Source: an uncultured Alphaproteobacteria bacterium
GTDB lineage: Bacteria > Pseudomonadota > Alphaproteobacteria > JALCBB01
DNA length: 64,000 bases
Assembly (NCBI GenBank): GCA_958267355.1
Contig: OY279575.1
Location: 41,726-105,725, forward strand
Direction: 5' to 3'
A program made the position numbers and the translations under genes. The notes beneath the pieces were generated by a model. It made no database searches and had not been told where the DNA came from. It was given only the letters and a program-made list of their open reading frames with translations. Shown here in pieces: positions 8,331 to 16,870 of this stretch (its first letter is position 1; every line of letters starts with the position of its first letter).

Positions 8331-10051
8331 GACAAGTGCTTGCGGGTGATCCGCATAAGTAGAGCGATTGGTAGTAATCCTGTTGCGACGATAAGCAAGG
8401 CGGGCAGGGCGGCATCGGCGAGTCGTTCGTCGTCGGCGAGAGACCAGGCTTGCACGGCGAGTGTTTCTACTCCGAAGGGACGAATGAGCAGAGTTGCGGG
8501 CAGTTCTTTTAGCACTTCTACGAAGACGATTAGTGCGGCGGTGAGCAGACTGGGTAGCAAGATGGGCAAGTGTACTGACAGCAGGGTTTGGAATTCTGTG
8601 CGTCCGAGTCCGCGGGCTGCATCGTCTAGGCTCGGACGAATGCGCACGAGTCCTGCGTCTATGGTTTCCAGTGCGATGGTGGAAAAGCGCACTAGATAGG
8701 CGAAGAGCAGACCGACGACGCTAAGGGTTAGCCACGAGATTTGCGAGTCCCAACCGAACCACAGCAAAATATGGTCTAAGCCGACGAAGACGGCGATGAC
8801 TCCGATGGCGATGACTGCGCCGGGTGTTGCGTATCCGAGTGACACGACTCGGGCGGCGAGTCTGCCGAGCGGATCGCCACTCTGCGGAGTTACCTGTGTT
8901 GCTCCCCGCCAGAAGGCGAGTGGGTCTGGCACGGCTGACGCTGCTCCACTGCGCAGGGCGTAGGCGATGAGCAAGGCAGGAGGCAAGATGAGCAGGGTAG
9001 CGGCGAGTCCTAGCGTGGCACTGGTGCGGGCGGCGGGGAGCAGATTTTCTATGACGAGCGGATCGTTCAGCCCTGTCCGCCAGGCGAGCCACAGCAGGGT
9101 CAGGGCGGGCAGGACAAATCCGAGCAGCGGAGGCAAGGCGCAGATGGCGGCGGCGGCGTAGGCTTTGCTGTTGCTGAGTCCGATGGCATTGGGAGCTTTT
9201 GAAGCCCGTCCAGCGACGAGCCGTTGTGGCTGTGCCAACTTTTCTGAAGCCATGAGCAAGGCTACCACTAACAAAAGCAGACACGACAGGCGGGCGGCGG
9301 CGGTTAGGTCACCGAAACCGAACCAAGCGCGGAAGATGGCGGTGGTCCAGGTTTGAACGCCGAGCAATTCTAGTGCGCCGTATTCGGCGAGAGTTTCCAT
9401 TAGTGCGAGTGCTACGCCAGCGACCAGAGCGGGACGGGCGATGGGCAGGGCGACTTTCCAAAACAGCGACCACGGAGATGCACCCAAGCACTGCGCGACT
9501 TCAAGCGTGTTGCGTCCTTGCCCAAGAAAGGCTTTGCGGGCGAGCAGATAAACATACGGATAGAGCGCGAGCGACAGCAAGCACACAGCTCCGCCAAGCG
9601 AGTGTAGCGGCGGCAAGACTTCTCCGTGCAGTTGAAAGATGCGGCGTAGAGCGTTTTGTATGGGCCCTGCTCCGTCTAGCAGCCACGACAAAGCCAGAGC
9701 CGCAATGTACGGAGGTACCGCCAAGGGCAGCACCAGCGTAACTTCCAACAAGCCGCGCAACGGGAAGCGATAGCGGGTCACCAACCAAGCGGGAGGTACC
9801 CCGAGCAACAGCACTCCACCAGCGACACCGAGTGCGAGCAGAGCTGTGTTGAGCGTCCAGAGCGGCAGTACGGTTTGCGTCAAGTGTGCCCAAGCTTGGC
9901 TTTCACTGTTGAGCGCGAGCACGACCACAGCGACCATCGGCAACGACAAGACTGCAGCAATTACGAGCGCAAGGTTTCGCAATCCCCGTGACCTTCGCCC
10001 CCGCGAGCGTACCTTCCCCCCCCACCACCTATAAGCAACTTCTGCTTGCAT
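8327..10051 (-). CDS. Fe(3+) ABC transporter permease (FbpB-like, duplicated transmembrane domain)
   Basis: 574-aa polytopic protein with two permease halves. Convergent with the binding-protein gene. Confidence 0.75.
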   Translation of the reverse strand: MQAEVAYRWWGGKVRSRGRRSRGLRNLALVIAAVLSLPMVAVVVLALNSESQAWAHLTQTVLPLWTLNTALLALGVAGGVLLLGVPPAWLVTRYRFPLRGLLEVTLVLPLAVPPYIAALALSWLLDGAGPIQNALRRIFQLHGEVLPPLHSLGGAVCLLSLALYPYVYLLARKAFLGQGRNTLEVAQCLGASPWSLFWKVALPIARPALVAGVALALMETLAEYGALELLGVQTWTTAIFRAWFGFGDLTAAARLSCLLLLVVALLMASEKLAQPQRLVAGRASKAPNAIGLSNSKAYAAAAICALPPLLGFVLPALTLLWLAWRTGLNDPLVIENLLPAARTSATLGLAATLLILPPALLIAYALRSGAASAVPDPLAFWRGATQVTPQSGDPLGRLAARVVSLGYATPGAVIAIGVIAVFVGLDHILLWFGWDSQISWLTLSVVGLLFAYLVRFSTIALETIDAGLVRIRPSLDDAARGLGRTEFQTLLSVHLPILLPSLLTAALIVFVEVLKELPATLLIRPFGVETLAVQAWSLADDERLADAALPALLIVATGLLPIALLMRITRKHLS

Positions 10052-10143
10052 TCCCTGCTAACCCCTAAACCTTGTCCCAACCCCCACCCCCCACTATAAT
10101 ACAAAACCCCACCCCCACCCCACCCCAACAGGAGAAGAGTCAA

Positions 10144-11319
10144 ATGAGTGAGACACAGGAAGGTGAAATAGGAAAAAATGAAGCCGCAAAAAACGAGCTT
10201 CAAAGCTTAGATTTAGACCTTACAGAACTGGTCACCTTTTTTGACAAGAAAGATGATAAAAGCCAAGGCCACGCGACTGCCTTGGTATCCATCTTTGGTG
10301 AGGAATTAGCGATTGCACTTCTACGTGTTTATTGCGAGGCACAAGGATACGGCTTTAAGGTATTAGAAAATCTGTGTAGCAGAAGAAAACAAAAAGGAAA
10401 TCGGTTAGACGCTTGGATTAGGGTTGATACGGAGAAGAAAGGCGGGCCTATCTATTATTTCCAAACAGAAATTAAAAATTGGAGTGCACACGCTATTGGC
10501 GGAGAAGACATAGACCTTTGCATAAAAGACAACAAGTGGAATGAAGTAAGATTTGAAAGATTTAAAAGTGAATTTAGGGCTTGCCATATTCCTGAGGGAA
10601 GTGAAAAATTGAAAGACATTGAGTTAAAGCGTGGAAAGGGTTTCACAGAAGAAGAGAAAAAAGAAAATATATGCGAATGGAAAAGAATTTTAAGAAGCAG
10701 CAAAAGTAAAATTTCTTACGAACCAAACAACCGTGCCTTAGGAAAAGTGATTTTAAATATGACAGAAGGTTTCAATAGGCGTAAACCTTTCATAAAAGAA
10801 TATGAAAAAGAATATACAAAGGAATATAGTTTCTCTGTAAGAAAGAAGAAAGGTAATCTTGTAGAAAGAGGGAAGTTCGTAAAAAAGAAAGGAGATGATG
10901 TCATAGAAGAAAGAAATTTATCTGAAGAAAAATCAGTTAAAATATGTCCGCTAATTTGCTACTGGTTTGCACTTTATCCGCGCCCAGAAGTAGGCGAATA
11001 TAAAGAAGCAATTGAATATGATGATATAGATGAATTTTTCCATTCAGATGAATTCTTTAACTTAAAGCTTCTCGGCAAGAACGATAGCAAGCTTCCCAAG
11101 AAAGGAAGGCGTGTGAGTGAAGATTTTGATCGGCTTTATGTTTTTTCTATGTCTAGCTTTGCAAGAAATTTGTTAAAGGGTGATTACCCTGAAATTGTAG
11201 TTACAGATTCCAAAAAAATTGAGATTAAGATGAAAGTTTTAGGGAAGCGACAAAAGTGGATTAACAAAATCTTCCCTGAAACCGACAAAGAGCCTAAAGA
11301 CCAAAGCCCAACCGAATAG
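10144..11319 (+). CDS. Lys/Glu-rich hypothetical protein with a PD-(D/E)xK-like nuclease motif
   Basis: ATG at 10144 is preceded by AGGAGA; the track ORF starts at 10072 inside a C-run. Motif: GEELAIAL ... RLDAWIRV ... YYFQTEIKNW (E...D...ExK). AT-rich. Confidence 0.5.
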   Translation: MSETQEGEIGKNEAAKNELQSLDLDLTELVTFFDKKDDKSQGHATALVSIFGEELAIALLRVYCEAQGYGFKVLENLCSRRKQKGNRLDAWIRVDTEKKGGPIYYFQTEIKNWSAHAIGGEDIDLCIKDNKWNEVRFERFKSEFRACHIPEGSEKLKDIELKRGKGFTEEEKKENICEWKRILRSSKSKISYEPNNRALGKVILNMTEGFNRRKPFIKEYEKEYTKEYSFSVRKKKGNLVERGKFVKKKGDDVIEERNLSEEKSVKICPLICYWFALYPRPEVGEYKEAIEYDDIDEFFHSDEFFNLKLLGKNDSKLPKKGRRVSEDFDRLYVFSMSSFARNLLKGDYPEIVVTDSKKIEIKMKVLGKRQKWINKIFPETDKEPKDQSPTE

Positions 11320-11329
11320 GGGGTAATCA

Positions 11330-11900
11330 CCCCCCTAACTGCCAAAGCTGGCTCGCCTTGGGGGAGCGTGAGATTAGTGGGATGATCTGGTCCCATTATG
11401 GAGACGAAGACCCACCGAGTGCCCGTAGGGCACGAGCGCGAGCGTAGCGGGCACCTTGCGGTGCGGCATTCGTGCCAGCCTTTGTTGCTTCCTCCAACCG
11501 CCACGCCCCATAGTTTCAGTGGAGGGTTAATTGAGCCGAAGCCCCTAATGGGGGGAGCGTAAGATTAGTGGGATTATCTGGCTCCTATTGTGGAGACGAA
11601 GACCCACCGAGTGCCCCGCGTGGCGAAGCTTGCCGAGCCACGCCAACGCGTCCGTTAGGACGCACAAAAAAGGGGCACGAGCGCGAGCATAGCGGAGTGA
11701 AACGAGCGGAGCGAAGCGGACGCTCGCGCTTGCGCGAGCAAAAGCACCCGCAAGGGTGCGTAAATTAAATGTTGCGAGAAAGCCCAACACTTACCCATTT
11801 TTCTGCGGCTTAGGAATCAGGGTAGTTAGAAGACGGGGAAGTAGCGGCTTGCCCAGCGGGGCAAAAGTGTCCGCAAGGGCACGTAAAAAGCAGGGGGAAT
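11330..11900. repeat. Non-coding tract (~570 bp) of GC-hairpin modules, including two tandem units (11361-11450 and 11552-11695)
   Basis: Starts with cccccctaactgccaaagctg. The units share ggggagcgtRagattagtgggatKatctgg...gagacgaagacccaccgagtgccc[loop]gggcacgagcgcgagc. Many perfect short stems with 3-4 nt loops, e.g. gcaccc-gcaa-gggtgc at 11744-11759. Confidence 0.8.
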
Positions 11901-12217
11901 TAGAAGGGTTATTGGAACAACTATAAGTGGTTTTTGTTGATTTTGCTAAATTTGCCATAAAGGAAAAAATAAATTTTCAAGTTTTTGCGAATTTGTCTAG
12001 AAATAGTTATCAACTTAAGGTATTTACGCACTTTCTTGTCATACTTTGGCAGAGCGGCACTTCAGGCTGTTCTAGTGGCATCTGCGTCAGGTTTTCAAGA
12101 CCCCGTAGGGCACAAACCCGTTCTGCTTGTTGTTCTGCTTAAGTGTGGCTCCAACCCCGAAGGAAGCTACCCGTCTGAAAGCCTTATCCAGAGGAACAAA
12201 GATGGTGCTACAGAAAA

Positions 12218-15145
12218 ATGCTCGCTCGTTCAACTTTTGGCGCAGGCCGCTGGCTTGGGCTGTGCAGTCTTGTTGTAATTTTTCTCGTCCTAGCGATACC
12301 CCATCAGGCGCAGGCTGAAGTTCCGCTCACCCTAGAAGGCGATACGCCGCTGGAAGTTTCCGCGCTTGATGGCACGGCTTCGGGGGGTGATGGTTTGGCT
12401 CTGCAACGCTATTTGCGGGGCGCCACGCAAAGTAAAGCTCTTAACTTCGCTGTCTCGCAACTTGAAAAGCAGGGACAAGTCTCGCTGGGTGAAAACTTTC
12501 GTCTGCGTTCGTCTTTGGTGTGGAGTAAATCTTTGCAGGGAGAATTAACTCTTTCTGTGCCTGTGCATCAGGGCAAGCACAATGCAACATTTCTGCAACC
12601 TTCGCTGTATCTTTGGCGGGGTAGGCACGAAGATTTTCAGGCGGGCAAAGATGATAACCGCCGAGATTTCTCGCTTGGGCTTGTCCATCGGCGGTTTGTG
12701 GATGAAAGCCGCAGCACGCAAGTCGGTTTCGCCAGTTTTTTTGACTATGGCAGCCACGGACACCAGAGACTTGGGCTTGGTGGTGAGTTGCGGCACCAGC
12801 AGACGACTCTAACCGCGCAAGTTTATTTGCCGCTCACAAAACACCGCACGGGTTTTGACAGGCGGCAGGAAATAACGCTCAAAGGTTATGCGCTTGGACT
12901 CAAGCAAGAACTCGGCGGACGGGTTTCGGCTGAAGCCAACTTTGTGCGTTGGCAAGTTGGTAGCAGTCGTGGGGCGGGAACTTCTATTGCTAGTGACTCA
13001 GGAAATTCGGCGGATCTGGCTTTGCGCTATCGGTTAAATCCGCATTTGGCGGTACTAGCAGGGTATGAAAAGCATTCGCTTTTGGTGAATGCTGGTAAGT
13101 CGGCACAGTTTGGTTTTGAATTTCAGCTGCCCCCCGTAGCGGACAAAAATTCGCAGTCGGCAAAAACGCTAGACCTGTGGAGTCCTGTTGAACGCGAAGG
13201 GCGAATTCTTGTGCATCGTGCCAAAGCCGAAGACAACTTTGAAGGCTCAACCGCCGACAAGGGTGTAACCACGGCTAGTGTGCCGCCTACTTTTGTGCTT
13301 CCGCCCTATACCAGTGTGCAGTTGCTTGCCACCGATGGCACGCTGTTGTCTGAGCGGGCTGCTATTGTGCGTCCGAGTGCGCAGGGGAGTAAGCAGATTA
13401 CCTTTCGCATTGTTTTTGACAAGGTGCCGCACAGCTTCGCCTATCAGTTGTTGCTAGAAGGAGAGGCAAAAATCCCTGATGATTACACCATCGCCGCGTT
13501 GTACCTGAATGATCTGCGTCTGCCGAGTGCCGAGCATTTTGTAATTCCTGCGTCAGAAGAAGAAACCTGGCTGGATATTGTCTTTAACATCATCGGCGCC
13601 GAAGACGCACCGCAAAAACGCGTGGTTCTGGTTTTGCGTCCGATTCACGCGGACTCCATCGGCACCACCGCCGCCGTCAGCACGTTGGATATTGCCCCGC
13701 AGGCTGTCCGCGCCCACTTTCTTCTCGCCGCCAAAGGTAAGAACAGCAACGCCACAAAAGTCATCGCCTTTCGTTTCAGCATCGTTGAGAAGACGCAGGG
13801 CAATAGTGCTACCCCTATTGCGATGGCGGCACAGCAAAACCATATTCTCTACGGAAAAAAACACAACGGCGACTCGCCCACAGGAAACCTGCCCGTTGCT
13901 GTCACCATCAAAGCCCACGCCCAGTATCTAAACCTTGGAGCAGACCAAACGCTCGGCGGTGGTGATGATGTCGCACTAAAATTTCCAGATGGAGTCCAGG
14001 CAATAGAAACCCATCTGCGGCTTATTGCGAGTAAGGGTACAGACCTGCAGAATTCGTTTAAGCTCTTAGACAAATTTTCAGAACTGAATCGCCTGCAAGA
14101 CAATTGCTACGAAATGCTTCTACAACGCAGTCAAGATGGCTACAGCTTCAGCAAAAACTTTCAAGTTGCCGCCCACCAAGTACGCCGCGATGGCGAAATG
14201 GTTACCCTAGAAATAGATCCGTTTCCCCTGCAAGAAAGTGTTGAATCGCTGTTTGCCAATCAAACGACTCCGCTTCTTGTGGTGGCGGGCAAGTCGGCAG
14301 TGCATCTAACTTTGCATACGCCCGAAGAAAACGCGGCTTTGCTTGAATTTGTTCCCTACACCAGAGAATACGAGCACTATGTAATACCGCAAGAACCCGC
14401 TCAAGGCGATGCACCCGTGATACTGCGTATTCCGTTTATCATCAGCTATGATCAGCCCCCCGCCGAAGGCTTTAAGCGCGATTATATCGTGCCAATCCAT
14501 ATCAAAAAACATCGCGGAATCTTCGGACGCGCCGAAATCAACAAAGACTTAATCGCCCTACAAAAAACCGTTGAAGTAAATATTGTTGGTGATGGTAGGT
14601 CTGGGCTTTTTACTAGCGAGTTTCCGATTGAACTCCTTGCCGATGATGACGCAGACGAGCCGCACGAGCTTTTCTTTGTCCGCTTCGGAACGCTTCCGCA
14701 AGGCTTCACCACCCACCAACGCGAAAAGGGCTATTTTATTCAGCCGCAAGGAATATCTCCGCCTGCGGTTTTTCTCTCAGCACCCGCAAGCGTAGAAGAA
14801 CCCACAAGCGGTACCAGCGATATCGTAGCGACTCTATCCTTGCTCGCCCGCCACCCTAAAGATATAGAAGTGCCGCTGAAAATCGGCACCAAATACGACT
14901 CAGCAAAACGCGGAAGCGATTACGAAGACACACGGCGGGCAGTGATTACCATTCCTGCGGGAGAGCTTTCCGCCAGCCACAGCATTAAGGTCAAGGCTGA
15001 CGACTTAGACGAAGACACAGAATTCGTCACCATCACCATCGCCCACAAGCCACAAAGCCGCTTTGTCGTGCCTTTGGATGCGATAAGCTCGCTTGTGGTT
15101 CAGATTACCGACTCGCCCACAGATCGGCACGCAGACGCTCCGTAG
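12218..15145 (+). CDS. Inverse-autotransporter (intimin/invasin-type beta-barrel) adhesin with a Calx-beta-like C-terminal domain
   Basis: Signal peptide (..IPHQAQAEV). HQRLGLGGELRH with alternating beta-strand pattern resembles the intimin beta-domain. C-terminal GSDYEDTRRAVITIPAGELSASHSIKVKADDLDEDTEFVTITI is Calx-beta-like. Confidence 0.65.
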   Translation: MLARSTFGAGRWLGLCSLVVIFLVLAIPHQAQAEVPLTLEGDTPLEVSALDGTASGGDGLALQRYLRGATQSKALNFAVSQLEKQGQVSLGENFRLRSSLVWSKSLQGELTLSVPVHQGKHNATFLQPSLYLWRGRHEDFQAGKDDNRRDFSLGLVHRRFVDESRSTQVGFASFFDYGSHGHQRLGLGGELRHQQTTLTAQVYLPLTKHRTGFDRRQEITLKGYALGLKQELGGRVSAEANFVRWQVGSSRGAGTSIASDSGNSADLALRYRLNPHLAVLAGYEKHSLLVNAGKSAQFGFEFQLPPVADKNSQSAKTLDLWSPVEREGRILVHRAKAEDNFEGSTADKGVTTASVPPTFVLPPYTSVQLLATDGTLLSERAAIVRPSAQGSKQITFRIVFDKVPHSFAYQLLLEGEAKIPDDYTIAALYLNDLRLPSAEHFVIPASEEETWLDIVFNIIGAEDAPQKRVVLVLRPIHADSIGTTAAVSTLDIAPQAVRAHFLLAAKGKNSNATKVIAFRFSIVEKTQGNSATPIAMAAQQNHILYGKKHNGDSPTGNLPVAVTIKAHAQYLNLGADQTLGGGDDVALKFPDGVQAIETHLRLIASKGTDLQNSFKLLDKFSELNRLQDNCYEMLLQRSQDGYSFSKNFQVAAHQVRRDGEMVTLEIDPFPLQESVESLFANQTTPLLVVAGKSAVHLTLHTPEENAALLEFVPYTREYEHYVIPQEPAQGDAPVILRIPFIISYDQPPAEGFKRDYIVPIHIKKHRGIFGRAEINKDLIALQKTVEVNIVGDGRSGLFTSEFPIELLADDDADEPHELFFVRFGTLPQGFTTHQREKGYFIQPQGISPPAVFLSAPASVEEPTSGTSDIVATLSLLARHPKDIEVPLKIGTKYDSAKRGSDYEDTRRAVITIPAGELSASHSIKVKADDLDEDTEFVTITIAHKPQSRFVVPLDAISSLVVQITDSPTDRHADAP

Positions 15146-15188
15146 GGCTTGTCTGTGGGGTTTGGTTGCAGTGCGGGTTTAGACTCCT

Positions 15189-16418
15189 TCACGCAGGGGC
15201 AGGACGCAGACGCTTCAAGGGGCGTTCATCTATCGGTAGATGCACAATCGTCGCGGCTATGCCAAAGAAAATCGCCGCATACCACATCGCGTCGTATGAG
15301 CCGAACCGATCGTATAGCCAGCCACCAAGCCACACGCCTGAAAAGCTTCCGACTTGGTGGCTAAAAAACACCACGCCGAATAGAGTCGCCAGATAACGCA
15401 CACCAAACACCTGCATAACAATTCCCGAAGTTAAAGGAACAGTCGCCAGCCAAAGTAATCCCATAGCGGCGGAGAAAAGCAGAATTGTTATCTCGTTCTT
15501 CGGCAAGACCAGCAACAACACAATCGCCACAGTACGCAAGAAATAAATGCCGCTTAACGATATGCGCTTGCTGTATTTTTGTCCGATGGCACCTGCCGCC
15601 ACCGAGCCGATAATGTTGAATAAGCCTATCAAAGATAGGGCAATGGCCCCGATGGCAGCAGGAAGCCCTAAGTCACGCACATAAGCAGGCATATGCACCG
15701 TGATGAAAGCAACATGAAAGCCACAGACAAAAAAGCCAAAAGTCAGCAGAATAAATCCGCGATGGTGCAAAGCTTCGCTCAAGGCTTCGCGCAAACTTTG
15801 ACTCGTCTTCTCGTCAGCAGGAGTCGGATCTGTCGCAGGAAACACATACACCAAAGCCACCATCAGCATTGTCATAGCGGCAAATCCGTATAGGCCTGTC
15901 TGCCAGCCAAAGCCGCCGATTAAGAAAAGTCCAAACGGAGAAAACAAAACCTGCCCCAACGAACCCGCCGCCGTACCAAGCCCCAAAGCCAACGAACGAT
16001 GCGACGGATCCATCACCTTCGCCAAAACCGAAATCGCAATAGAAAAAGACGAAAAACCAATTCCCGTACCTGTAAGCACTCCTGCTGTAAGCATAAGCAA
16101 GACAGGTGACTCCACATGCGCCATCAAGATCAAGCCAAGGGTATAGCAAACCGCTCCGAGCGCAATCACCCGCCGCGGACCAAACCTGTCAGACAATGCA
16201 CTCGCAATCGGTACAGTCGCACCCCACAACAAATTCTGCACCGCCAAGGCAAAAGCAAAGGGCTCACGCCCCCAGCCACGCGCTTCCGTCATCGGCGGCA
16301 AAAATAAACCCAACGCCGAACGGGGGCCAAATCCGAGTAGCGAAATTAAACACCCCGCCAAAATAATCAGGGCAGGAAGTCTCCAGCCCAAATCCGCTCG
16401 CCTGCCGCTATCAGCCAT
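15189..16418 (-). CDS. MFS transporter
   Basis: 409-aa protein with about 12 TM segments and a typical MFS loop (SDRFGPRRV). Confidence 0.8.
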   Translation of the reverse strand: MADSGRRADLGWRLPALIILAGCLISLLGFGPRSALGLFLPPMTEARGWGREPFAFALAVQNLLWGATVPIASALSDRFGPRRVIALGAVCYTLGLILMAHVESPVLLMLTAGVLTGTGIGFSSFSIAISVLAKVMDPSHRSLALGLGTAAGSLGQVLFSPFGLFLIGGFGWQTGLYGFAAMTMLMVALVYVFPATDPTPADEKTSQSLREALSEALHHRGFILLTFGFFVCGFHVAFITVHMPAYVRDLGLPAAIGAIALSLIGLFNIIGSVAAGAIGQKYSKRISLSGIYFLRTVAIVLLLVLPKNEITILLFSAAMGLLWLATVPLTSGIVMQVFGVRYLATLFGVVFFSHQVGSFSGVWLGGWLYDRFGSYDAMWYAAIFFGIAATIVHLPIDERPLKRLRPAPA

Positions 16419-16508
16419 AGAAACCCCCCAGAATTGCGCTCCATCAAACCATAAGCCAAACAGGAGAGATTAACCCCCGCCCAGATAAAGCAAACTTTCC
16501 TCCCACAC

Positions 16509-16735
16509 TGTAGGCAAAAGTGTAGGGCAAAGTGTAGGCAAATAGTGTTAGGGCAAATAGTGTAGGGCAAATCAAGGAGCAGAAAAGCCGCGTATCTCAC
16601 GCCTTAGCTGGCTCACACCCCGCCTAAGCCCCATCTAACCCTGCGGCTTACTCTCGGCTTATCCTGTGCCTTACTCTAGCCTTACCCTGTGGCTTGCCCT
16701 AGCCCCATCCTGCGGCTTGCCTTGAAATAAGTTGA
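16509..16735. repeat. Two degenerate short tandem repeat blocks (gtgtagggcaaa x5; cctgYggcttRcc-like units)
   Basis: Read directly. The second block is the reverse-strand relative of the 6820-6900 repeat. Confidence 0.7.
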
Positions 16736-16870
16736 AATTCAGGCTATTTATGGCGGTGATTCGCTACCTGCTCGGAGCAAATCGCTTCCTGACATAACCC
16801 GCCATCCGTGCCTTTCTTTGCTAATGGGCGCGTTTGAGCCGATTCTGTGAGCCGACTCCGCGATACGAAT

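Noticed and set aside
11320-11900. Integron attC sites, or a TnpB/IscB-style guide RNA downstream of the 10144..11319 gene
   Set aside because: There is no integrase, and no R''/R' GTTRRRY-type ends. The upstream protein lacks RuvC/HNH or zinc-finger motifs expected of TnpB/IscB. The idea is kept only as a loose analogy in the findings.
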